DNA of 64,000 nt from a virus. The stretch spans positions 32,001 through 96,000 of the IMG/VR virus record IMGVR_UViG_3300036939_000082; one strand, given 5' to 3'. The stretch's first letter is position 1, and every line of letters starts with the position of its first letter. The position numbers and the translations under genes were made by a program. The notes below the pieces were generated by a model. That model did no database searches. It was not told the origin of the DNA and worked only from the letters and a program-made list of their open reading frames with translations. Shown one piece after another: positions 16,237 through 25,022 of this stretch.

Positions 16237-17976
16237 TTAACTGTTTTTAACGCCTAGTTTTGCCGAAATTTCTCGTTGTAGAACTCTTCTAAATGCTATT
16301 TCAATATTGCAAATTCGAGTTTTGACCATATTTAATAGAGGAAGCGAGGTGATTCTAATCTCTGCGGTGTTATTGACGATCGCCACTAGGCGACCGTGCT
16401 GTCTCAATAATTCCTGCGTTCCGTAGGGTCTAACCTCGTTTAAAGTTTTATTCCACAAACGATGTAACTCGATCGCGCTTAACGGCTTGTTTTCTTCGTT
16501 AGCTTCTTGATACTTGAGTCGAGCCCACTTGGTTGAATGACCCAGTTTTTTTGCTAAATATCGCCAACTACCCAGAGAAATTTCCGATCGCCACTCTTTG
16601 CTTGTTTCGGTAAATTGATGGTATACCCAAGCAGTTGGGTACTTAAGGCGTTGGCAGTTAGCCAATAAATCATCAATTATTGCAGTGTGTGTTGGATTGG
16701 GAGTTAAATCGATCTCTTTGTCTTTGTCGTTTGCATTCAATTCTGGTTTTGGTTTTTCTCCTCCGCCACTACCCACTTTGAACGTGTTTTCAGTCAGACA
16801 GTTTGGACAAAGACATTTTAAATCGGGAATCTCGTGCGACAGCGGCTTGAAGATGTGAGAACACGATTTGCAGACAACGTGCAGGAACCGTTTAGCTTCT
16901 ATTCCAAGGCTTTGAGGTTCCAGCGACCATTCTCTTTCTTCATCTGGCAGTCCTAACGATTCCCAACTTTTGCCGTGATCGATGATTGTGGCAAAAGTCT
17001 TGCCGTCTGCCAATCTCAGTCCGCGACCGACCATCTGGAGCCACAGGCTCAAGCTTCTTGTGGGCCGCACGATCTGAACAACTTCAATACTGGGAAGATC
17101 GAATCCTTCTGAGATAATTCCGCAGTTGCAAAGGACGATCGTCTCTCCTGAGTTAAACCTGTACAGAACATCCCGCCGATCGCCCGTTTCCGTTTCTCCG
17201 TCTAAATGCTCCGCTGGAATCCCAGCAGCTTGAAAAGCTCCTGCATATTCGCGACTTCTAGCAACGTCTACAGCAAAAACCACAGTCCGGTTCCCGCCTG
17301 CCCGTCGCTTCCACTCGGCTACCACATCGTTTGGCTCTATTTGTTCGGCAACCGCTTCGCTCAATCTTTCACTATTGAAGTCTCCACCGCTGCTTTTGAT
17401 TTTGTTGGTATTGATTGTCTTGCCAGCTTGGTACAGTTTGTACTGAGACAGATATCCGCGATCGATCAGTTCCTTGGTGGACGGCCCGCAGATTAGTGAT
17501 TGAAATAGGTATTTAAACCCTTGACCGTCATTTCTACACGGAGTTGCAGTGAATCCCAAGATTTTGGCATTTGGATAGTTTTGCAAAACTTTTGTGTAGC
17601 TCCGACTGCAAGCGTGGTGTGCTTCATCAATAATTACTAGGTCTGCTGGCGGTAAATATTGGCGGCGGGCGAGCGACTGGATTGATGCAATTTGTAAATT
17701 GTAGAGAGGGTTTGGCTTGTAGCCGTTTTTGATGATTCCTGCGGAAATTCCAGAAATAGCCTCCATTTTTTCTTGGGCTTGCAAAAGCAATTCTTCTCTG
17801 TGAGCAATAACTAAGACTCGCAGTCCACTATTCAAAAACGGTGCGCTAATCGTTCCGAACGTAGGTGTTTTTCCACCGCCAGTAGCGAGTTGCACCATAA
17901 TGGAGCGAACGTCGTTTTGCCACAACTCCAATACCTTGAATTCTATTTCTTCTTGGTAATCTCTTAACTTGTACAT
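16237..17976 (-). CDS. SF2 DEAD/DEAH-box helicase with Zn-finger insert and extra C-terminal domain
   Basis: ATGGGKT, DEAHH, TATP, EGFDLP, QMVGRGLR; CKSC...CPNC. Confidence 0.93.
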   Translation of the reverse strand: MYKLRDYQEEIEFKVLELWQNDVRSIMVQLATGGGKTPTFGTISAPFLNSGLRVLVIAHREELLLQAQEKMEAISGISAGIIKNGYKPNPLYNLQIASIQSLARRQYLPPADLVIIDEAHHACSRSYTKVLQNYPNAKILGFTATPCRNDGQGFKYLFQSLICGPSTKELIDRGYLSQYKLYQAGKTINTNKIKSSGGDFNSERLSEAVAEQIEPNDVVAEWKRRAGGNRTVVFAVDVARSREYAGAFQAAGIPAEHLDGETETGDRRDVLYRFNSGETIVLCNCGIISEGFDLPSIEVVQIVRPTRSLSLWLQMVGRGLRLADGKTFATIIDHGKSWESLGLPDEEREWSLEPQSLGIEAKRFLHVVCKSCSHIFKPLSHEIPDLKCLCPNCLTENTFKVGSGGGEKPKPELNANDKDKEIDLTPNPTHTAIIDDLLANCQRLKYPTAWVYHQFTETSKEWRSEISLGSWRYLAKKLGHSTKWARLKYQEANEENKPLSAIELHRLWNKTLNEVRPYGTQELLRQHGRLVAIVNNTAEIRITSLPLLNMVKTRICNIEIAFRRVLQREISAKLGVKNS

Positions 17977-18160
17977 TGTTCTTGTTTTGTGTTGGTTGAG
18001 GACTTAATACTAGAGATAAGATCGACTTTCCTCAAGGATTGCCAATATCTTGTTTAGCTTGTCAATAGAGCATCCAAGTCCAAAACGCATAGTGATTGAT
18101 TTTGGTTTTCACTGCTTTTGTTCACAAAAATTGATTTGGGCTTTATGGTGGGGAAAATTG

Positions 18161-19726
18161 TTAGTGTTTTTGACCAAATTTTAAGTCTGCCCACGACAAT
18201 TGCTTGTCTATATTCTCTTTTGGCTTGCTAATTAACTCCTTAATTTTTTCCATGCCATCAACTCCATTGTTAACCGCTGCACTCAACTCGTGTTTTTCCT
18301 GTGCTCGCGATATCGCATCCTCCCGAGATTCTCCATTCCGCTCAAATGCTTGCTCCAAAGGCTTATAAACGTTTTTGCGATGGGGTGATAAACGTTGCTT
18401 ATCCGTCAGACTTAGCAAGCTTGCCATCAGTTCTAGGTGATTTTTGTCGTCACCACAAACCTCTTTAAGCGCTTCCCACTCTTCATTGCCAAGGATAGTG
18501 CGCTCGTCAATATGTCGAACATCTTTAAAAACTTCACCCGTCGCTTCTTCGTAAATTCGTGGCAAACTGTCGTCAAATTCATGCTTCTGTTCTAGCCAAA
18601 TCCTGCGGATTTCACTGAGTTCTTCTGGGGTAATTAAGGTGATGTCGCGCATTTCTAGGGGTGCAGTTTTGCGGATGTGAGTCTGTGTTTCTAGTACCCG
18701 TCTGAGCCAGTGTTCGCGCCAATGTCGTAGATATGGTCCTGGTATAAGTTCGACAGACGTGGTGCCGTCGTCCATCGTCTTGTCGAATAGATCAACCCTG
18801 CCGTTCATCCGTCGATAATCGCGCCGATCACGATCGTCCGGGACTTGTAGTTCGTTCCGAATATCAAGCAACGGTTGCATCCATTCTTTTTGACTGTCGT
18901 TAATAATCATTGCTTCCATCGATTTGTCTTTGCTAACCATCGTGCAAGTCCAACAACCAAACCGAGAACTACCACAGCTAGGGGTAGAAGTATCAACTAC
19001 TAGCGGGCATTCATTATCTGCCGTTGCGCCACGATACATGACAAACAGATCTTTGTTGCTCCCGCCCCACGGATTGTCAAATTGCATCAAATACATCCAT
19101 ACCTCGTCCGTGCGCCAATCTTCAATCGGAAGGTAGATAAAAGATCCAGGATTTGCTGGGCTTGAGTTTAAATGTTTTGCTACCCTGCTTTCCCTATGCT
19201 TCGCCATATTGGTGGCACGGGTAGAACTTTCAGCACTACGAGTGCCAAGTGCCAAAACAACTTGACCGCAGGTGGCGATCGACTGACGTATAAAGACCGT
19301 GGCGGGATTGATTTTTAGACGATCTGTACACCATCGAAAATTACGCCGGGGTGCTGCATACCCTTTCCCAATCAAACAAACCCAAAAAGTGTCCTGAATA
19401 GCTGGTGTAGTGACTTGAGTTACGATCGGCATTTCTTGTTCCAATGCTGCTCGCTCCATCTGCTTCAACGAACTGCGAACTTGGGCGGACACAATTGGAT
19501 TCTCCACCAGCGTGTCATTTGTGAGTACGTAGATTTTGTGGATGCGTTGATCGATCGGTAGTTGGCGGACGGCGTTCCAAATTAACTGCAAAACCGTGGT
19601 ACTATCTTTGCCTCCACTCCAACCGATGACAATTGGATTGCCCTCTAGATATATTTGCTGAATTTCTTTGGTCAGCAGTTCGATTTCGGTCATTAGACCG
19701 GGAACGGTACGGAGAGTATCTGTCAT
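18161..19726 (-). CDS. dndC: DNA phosphorothioation sulfurtransferase DndC (full length, host-like)
   Basis: GWSGGKDST, DTLVENP, FWVCLIGKGYAAP..NFRWCTDRLKINP, ADNECPLVVDTSTPSCG.SRFGCWTCTMV.KDKSM, PGPY, EELSEIRRIW. Confidence 0.92.
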   Translation of the reverse strand: MTDTLRTVPGLMTEIELLTKEIQQIYLEGNPIVIGWSGGKDSTTVLQLIWNAVRQLPIDQRIHKIYVLTNDTLVENPIVSAQVRSSLKQMERAALEQEMPIVTQVTTPAIQDTFWVCLIGKGYAAPRRNFRWCTDRLKINPATVFIRQSIATCGQVVLALGTRSAESSTRATNMAKHRESRVAKHLNSSPANPGSFIYLPIEDWRTDEVWMYLMQFDNPWGGSNKDLFVMYRGATADNECPLVVDTSTPSCGSSRFGCWTCTMVSKDKSMEAMIINDSQKEWMQPLLDIRNELQVPDDRDRRDYRRMNGRVDLFDKTMDDGTTSVELIPGPYLRHWREHWLRRVLETQTHIRKTAPLEMRDITLITPEELSEIRRIWLEQKHEFDDSLPRIYEEATGEVFKDVRHIDERTILGNEEWEALKEVCGDDKNHLELMASLLSLTDKQRLSPHRKNVYKPLEQAFERNGESREDAISRAQEKHELSAAVNNGVDGMEKIKELISKPKENIDKQLSWADLKFGQKH

Positions 19727-20175
19727 TATTTTTTCCGGTTTGCGAGATTTTTGGTAACTGGGAGCAAAGCAAAGATTTGCTCTGAGCTTAATTTCAAAAG
19801 CTGCTGCGGAGGATTGATGCCCGCATCTTTTAATGCAACAAGGTCGATCGCGCTTTCAAATCTTTTGGGGCGATCGACCCACACCGCTACCCCTGCATCC
19901 TTACCCTGATAATAAGCGTCGAAATCTTCCGCCGACACTTGTGCATACTGTTCAGTTTCTCGTCGGAGTCGATCTATCCAGATTTGAGATCGATCGCGCA
20001 CCCTAACTTCGCCAATAACTTCGCCTACCGGGAGCGTTGCGTAGATTAGGAGGCGATCGCCCGCTGATAGCGAACTTCCAAAATTACCCTTGCGGAGTTC
20101 TACGGTTTTCGGGCGATCGTCCGAAAAAAACAAACTAGCCCAAGTCGGCTTGACTGACATCAGGTAAGTTTCCAT
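19726..20175 (-). CDS. ASCH / PUA-like domain protein
   Basis: LMSVKP.WA..F....KTVELRK...LIYAT.PV..VIG...F..YY.GK..G...PPQ; stop overlaps the dndC start. Confidence 0.85.
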   Translation of the reverse strand: METYLMSVKPTWASLFFSDDRPKTVELRKGNFGSSLSAGDRLLIYATLPVGEVIGEVRVRDRSQIWIDRLRRETEQYAQVSAEDFDAYYQGKDAGVAVWVDRPKRFESAIDLVALKDAGINPPQQLLKLSSEQIFALLPVTKNLANRKK

Positions 20176-20384
20176 TATTCTTCCTTCCCAAAGTACATTT
20201 TTATGTGTTCTTCTATGCTGAAAACCCTTCCGTATTCCTCAAAATAGGCGTTGTCGAACAAAACCCATGCTTCGAGCCTGCCGCACATAGGGATGTCTCC
20301 CTCAGCGCACAACTTTTTGAACTTTCTCTTGTCTGAAGGATGCAAGAAAACGCTTACTTTGTCTTTATCTGGGGGTTCTGGCAT
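20175..20384 (-). CDS. Ribbon-helix-helix-like regulator
   Basis: KVSVFLHPSDKRKFKKLCAEGDIPM. Confidence 0.6.
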   Translation of the reverse strand: MPEPPDKDKVSVFLHPSDKRKFKKLCAEGDIPMCGRLEAWVLFDNAYFEEYGRVFSIEEHIKMYFGKEE

Positions 20385-20410
20385 TTTTTTGGATTAAAAA
20401 GTGATTGTCT

Positions 20411-20495
20411 CTAACTATGCTACTTATTCTACCAGTTGTCAAGTATTTTTGATGAAATAATTTTAGCACCTCTTGACATAAGTAGTATACTTATG
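20411..20495. promoter_or_regulatory. Divergent promoter pair with palindromic operator
   Basis: TTGACA on each strand (20473+, ~20443-); palindrome cataagta-gta-tacttatg at 20477-20495. Confidence 0.65.
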
Positions 20496-20641
20496 CCACT
20501 ATTGATTTATTGTAAAAGCAGTGAACTGATTATGGCTATCGATTGGAATTAAATTCGTCAAACAGCAAAAGCTGTAGAAAGTGTTTAACCGCGATGCAAT
20601 CAACTTACTTGAATACAAAAATACGGAGGGAGTGCGAGAAA

Positions 20642-21670
20642 ATGACTAATATTGAATGGTGCGACATCACTGCAAATCCAATTCATTTAATCCGCGAGGA
20701 CGGATCGAACGGCGGTCATTTTTGCCAGAAGTTGTCCCCTGGATGTTTAAATTGTTATGCAGAGGAAATAAATCAAAGCAATTATTTTGGTTTTGCTTCA
20801 CACTTGCCGTATTCTGGAAAACCACCAGAAAATTTGATTTTTGATGATGAAGTGATGCGAAAGCTAGTCAATATGCGATCGTCCAAAACAATCTTCCTCT
20901 GTTCGATGACCGATCTATTTGGCAACTGGATTCCATCTGAATGGATCTATAAAGCATTTGCCTATATGGCGATCGCCTCGCAGCACAAATTTTTAGTCTT
21001 GACCAAGCGACCGGAAAGGATGAAAGACATTTTGCGCTGTGGCGGAAAGCAACGCATCAGACGAGATGCTGTCGATGTAGGGCGATCGATGGGCTTAGAA
21101 CCAAGACGCTACGAAAGTTTCGAGACTTGTGATTTTGATTGGCCTTTGGCGAATGTGGGGCTGGGAACGTCAATCGAAAATCAGCAAGTTGCGGGCGATC
21201 GGGCAACAGATCTACTTGACTGCCCAGCCGCAATGCGATTTTTATCTTGCGAACCACTCCTAGAGGAATTGAATTTAGTTTCGTACAAGCGTAACGGTGG
21301 TAGCTACAATTACCTCCTAAATACATGGGAACCCCACAAGTCTGGGGCTGGTGGCGCTGTCGCTGGAGGTCGGATATCGCCTTTTTATAATGACGGAATT
21401 AATTGGATTATCTGCGGTGGAGAGTCTGGCTCCGGTGTTCGCCCCTGCCATATCGATTGGATTCGATCGCTCGTTCAGCAATGCCAGCAAACCAAAACAG
21501 CGGTGTTTGTCAAGCAATGGGGAAGTCACGCGATCAACTCCACCCCATACATTGATGGAGTTGTTCAAAGTCACTTCCGGGTAAAGCTCAAGAGTCGGAA
21601 AGGTGGGGACATTTCTGAATTCCCTGCCGACTTACAGATTCGACAATTTCCACATTTTTTAGGGAAGTGA
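20642..21670 (+). CDS. Phage Gp37/Gp68 (DUF5131) radical-SAM-like protein
   Basis: TNIEWCD...NPI, CQKLSPGCLNCYA, IFLCSMTDLF, LTKRPERM, FLSCEPLL, WIICGGESG, FVKQWG. Confidence 0.92.
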   Translation: MTNIEWCDITANPIHLIREDGSNGGHFCQKLSPGCLNCYAEEINQSNYFGFASHLPYSGKPPENLIFDDEVMRKLVNMRSSKTIFLCSMTDLFGNWIPSEWIYKAFAYMAIASQHKFLVLTKRPERMKDILRCGGKQRIRRDAVDVGRSMGLEPRRYESFETCDFDWPLANVGLGTSIENQQVAGDRATDLLDCPAAMRFLSCEPLLEELNLVSYKRNGGSYNYLLNTWEPHKSGAGGAVAGGRISPFYNDGINWIICGGESGSGVRPCHIDWIRSLVQQCQQTKTAVFVKQWGSHAINSTPYIDGVVQSHFRVKLKSRKGGDISEFPADLQIRQFPHFLGK

Positions 21671-22071
21671 ATGCTATGTCTCAGATCAACATTGAAAGAC
21701 ACCAATCATTTAGTCATTCGGGTTGTAACTTTACAACTTACGACGAGTCTCAATTTTTGATGGTAGCCGAGTATTGGGAGGCGAGTCAGGAAAGATCGAA
21801 CAAATTACCTTTGCAGGGATTTGGGAGAGCCACGTACAGAAATTGTGTAGAAGCTTGTATTGAGGCAATCGAGCAAGCTGTTAACGCAGAATTTAGTCTT
21901 AACCATGCAATCGGGAAAGAAACTTTACTAATCGTTCCAGTAGTTGTAATGCGTTTTACCTTGCACCCTAGGAAAAGCACGGCAGGACTTCCTAGAGCGG
22001 AGAAAGATGAGCTACACCAGCGACAAACCGCCCACAGAACTAATAACAATACAAATGGGGAAGAAAAATGA
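21667..22071 (+). CDS. Hypothetical protein
   Basis: Overlapping operon ORF. Confidence 0.6.
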   Translation: MNAMSQINIERHQSFSHSGCNFTTYDESQFLMVAEYWEASQERSNKLPLQGFGRATYRNCVEACIEAIEQAVNAEFSLNHAIGKETLLIVPVVVMRFTLHPRKSTAGLPRAEKDELHQRQTAHRTNNNTNGEEK

Positions 22072-22463
22072 GTTGTAATTGTGAAATGCCAGCGCTGTAT
22101 AGGTCAAAGCTGGTAAAGACAAGAAAAAAACATAAATGCGTAGAATGTAACGAGCATATTGCGATTGGGGAAAAGGCAGAAAAAGTAGACGCTATCTACG
22201 ATGGTAGTTTTCAGACTTTTTACACTTGCTTGCAATGTCAAGAGATAATCGAATTCATTCGTCAAGAACATGAAGACGATTTACTCAAAGACTTGAAAGA
22301 GGCACTGTGTTGTCATGGCGAACTGTACGAATTGTTGTCTGAAAGTGTTTTTGACAGTCAGGAAGAGGAAGAAGGTTATGCCTGTCATTATCGACCAAAC
22401 GTTTCTTGGTTGAATCCGTTTGTTCAAGGAAAACTATCTCTAAATATTGAGGCAAAGTTATGA
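22068..22463 (+). CDS. Cys-rich (Zn-finger) phage protein
   Basis: RKKHKCVEC...YTCLQC...CCHGEL. Confidence 0.7.
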   Translation: MSCNCEMPALYRSKLVKTRKKHKCVECNEHIAIGEKAEKVDAIYDGSFQTFYTCLQCQEIIEFIRQEHEDDLLKDLKEALCCHGELYELLSESVFDSQEEEEGYACHYRPNVSWLNPFVQGKLSLNIEAKL

Positions 22464-23674
22464 GAGCCTCAATCGGTTTTGCGGGCGGTGGATTGAGTTC
22501 GATCGCCCTAGAGCTAGCAGGAATTAAAGTAGTACACGCGGTTGAGAATAATCCCCAGGCAGCAGGGATTTATGCGATGAATTTCCCCGAAACAAATCTA
22601 GAGATTAAATCGATCGCCAATATTGATTGGTCGGCGATCGGGAAGATTGACTTCTGCCAAGATTCTCCGCCGTGCCAAAACTTCAGCGAGGCTGGTACCG
22701 GCGAAGAAACCGACTTAGATGTTTTTTTGGCGCAAGCCTTGGTGCGGAAAATTGAAGCGCTCAATCCCAAGTTCGGAATTATAGAGCAAGTTCTCCGCTA
22801 CTTTGGTAAAGAGTCAAAAAGCTGGGCGATCGTAGAGTCCGGGTTGAAGCGGATGGGATATAACGTCAGAGTCGATCGCGTCAACGCAGCAGACTTTGGC
22901 ACCCCTCAATCTAGAGAAAGGGGGTTTGCAATTTATAGTCGCGGTAAATTGCCTGCCGTGCTACCGTCTCACGCAGAACGAAAAGATGAAGGCACTTTGT
23001 TCGATACTTCCGTTTACGGACTGCCGACTTGGCGGGGGTGGTACGGGGCGATCGCCGACTTGTTGGCAGAACTGCCCGTCTACACGGTGGCGACTGTCGG
23101 CGGAACGCCTCTAAAAAAGCCAAACGGTCAGTACCAGTGGATTGTCAACGACAAAGAACTGACGGACAAAAACGGTTTAGCGCTTTGGCAGATTCAGCGA
23201 CTGGCGTCGGGGGCGATCGCCTCTAAATATGGGTTGTGTCAAAGCAAGGCTGGTGGTCAGAAAGACTCACTGATCAAAGATTTTAAATCCACAAGTCCAA
23301 CTGTTTTGGCATCGATTTGGAAAGGTATGCCGAAAGTGCTCGTTGGCAAGACGGGGGCGAAGAACGGGCCATTGAGCGCGATCGCCCCAGAGTATCCCAG
23401 CAACACGATTCGAGCTTTTGGCAAGGACGGACACTGGCACCGCATGGACTGCGTGTTTGGTGGAACTCCTAAAACAGGGGCGATCGATGACTACCTAAAA
23501 TCTCTTAAGGTTATCCAACTGTCCCCTCGGTGCTTGGCTCGACTTCAGGGGTTGCCCGATCATCGATTCAAGCTTTCAGGCAACAACGTCCAAGATTGTA
23601 AGGTAATCGGAAATGGAGTGGCGATCGAGCCGATGGTCGCTTACGCAAAAATATTGATAGGAGCAAAAAAATGA
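22460..23674 (+). CDS. DNA cytosine-C5 methyltransferase 1
   Basis: Motif I FAGGG, IV SPPCQNFS, VI EQV (variant), VIII PQSRER, X IGNGV. Confidence 0.88.
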   Translation: MRASIGFAGGGLSSIALELAGIKVVHAVENNPQAAGIYAMNFPETNLEIKSIANIDWSAIGKIDFCQDSPPCQNFSEAGTGEETDLDVFLAQALVRKIEALNPKFGIIEQVLRYFGKESKSWAIVESGLKRMGYNVRVDRVNAADFGTPQSRERGFAIYSRGKLPAVLPSHAERKDEGTLFDTSVYGLPTWRGWYGAIADLLAELPVYTVATVGGTPLKKPNGQYQWIVNDKELTDKNGLALWQIQRLASGAIASKYGLCQSKAGGQKDSLIKDFKSTSPTVLASIWKGMPKVLVGKTGAKNGPLSAIAPEYPSNTIRAFGKDGHWHRMDCVFGGTPKTGAIDDYLKSLKVIQLSPRCLARLQGLPDHRFKLSGNNVQDCKVIGNGVAIEPMVAYAKILIGAKK

Positions 23675-24306
23675 AACAAATAATTTTACCTGGTGATAAA
23701 TTTGGATATTTAGAAGTCATAGAAGAGGTTGAACCTTTTGTAAGCAAATCAGGTAATTCTTTTAGGCAATTCATATTTAGATGTCAATGCGGTAAAGTGA
23801 TAACAAAAAAACTTGGACCTATCAGAGAAAAACGAGTTGTTTCGTGTGGGTGTTACAATAATACACGAAGAATCAAACATGGTTTAAGTGAAACAGCTTT
23901 GTATCAAGTTTGGACTGGAATGCGTCAAAGATGCTACAACCCCAAAAATCCTAAATATTCAATATATGGAGGGAATGGTATAAAAATTTGTGAGGAATGG
24001 AACACTTCGCCATCTGCTTTTGTTGAATGGGCATTGTCTAATGGATATTCGCCAGGACTCACAATAGATAGAATAGACAGTAATGGTAATTATTGTCCAG
24101 CTAATTGCCGGATTGTTGACTATTTTATTCAAAACAACAACACAAACAGAAACCATGTTGTTGAAATTTTTGGTGAAAACAAAACTATTGCTGAATGGTC
24201 TAGAGATACGAGGTGTGTAGTTGACTATGAAACATTTGCGTCTCGCATAAAAAGAAAATGGAATCCGCTTTTAGCCCTTACGAAAAACAAGCAAAAAAGA
24301 AAGTGA
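23671..24306 (+). CDS. HNH-type (homing) endonuclease
   Basis: CQCG...SCGC, W.GM.QRCYNP...Y..YGG.GI..C.EW, TIDRIDSNGNYCP.NCR. Confidence 0.85.
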   Translation: MKQIILPGDKFGYLEVIEEVEPFVSKSGNSFRQFIFRCQCGKVITKKLGPIREKRVVSCGCYNNTRRIKHGLSETALYQVWTGMRQRCYNPKNPKYSIYGGNGIKICEEWNTSPSAFVEWALSNGYSPGLTIDRIDSNGNYCPANCRIVDYFIQNNNTNRNHVVEIFGENKTIAEWSRDTRCVVDYETFASRIKRKWNPLLALTKNKQKRK

Positions 24307-24486
24307 AAATTACTAAGAAGCTACTAACGTGGCGACGTAACAGCGGTGCTGATGTCGAAATAATTGCGACTTCACTGGGTGGCGCCGGTCACAAACAGGT
24401 GGCGGTTTTTGTGCTGTGGTCAAAATTAAGCCTTGCAAATTTTTAAGATTTGCAAGGCGACTATCAATTTGATGGAGGGTAAAAGT

Positions 24487-24972
24487 ATGACTGTTCAAGC
24501 ATTAAGCAAATATCTAAAAACGTTAAAAAGACAAACAGAATTGGAACTTACCAAAACAGAGGTAAAAATTGCACAGATTGAGGAAAATATAGCTTATTAT
24601 GAAAGAATGTTGGCGTTAATAGATCCTGACGGATCTGTTTCAAAAGATGGAGATTTAAAAACGATCGTCTCAAGCGCAGACTCTCAACGCCTCAGCTTAG
24701 AACACTGTCGTACTCCCAAGAAAATGAAACGCCCTCAATACGCAGGGTTTACTCTTGTAGAATCAATACAAAAAGTTCTTGATAATAATCAAGACCCGAT
24801 GTTGGTCAATCAAATTGTTGAATCTATATTTGACGTGCGTTCAAAAAAAGAGTTTTTGCGAGCTAAAAATGCTTTGTATGTAGAGTTGCGGTCAAATTCA
24901 AGAGGAAGTGCCAAGAAGTGGAAAAAGATATCTAAATATCTTTATGCTTCACTTTTATTTAAAGCGGAGTAG
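24487..24972 (+). CDS. Coiled-coil plus winged-helix hypothetical protein
   Basis: N-terminal heptads; C-terminal TLVESIQKVL...VNQIVESIF. Confidence 0.65.
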   Translation: MTVQALSKYLKTLKRQTELELTKTEVKIAQIEENIAYYERMLALIDPDGSVSKDGDLKTIVSSADSQRLSLEHCRTPKKMKRPQYAGFTLVESIQKVLDNNQDPMLVNQIVESIFDVRSKKEFLRAKNALYVELRSNSRGSAKKWKKISKYLYASLLFKAE

Positions 24973-25022
24973 TTTTGAGCTAATAATTAATTGTAGTCAG
25001 TAATAAACAAGAGGTAAAAACA

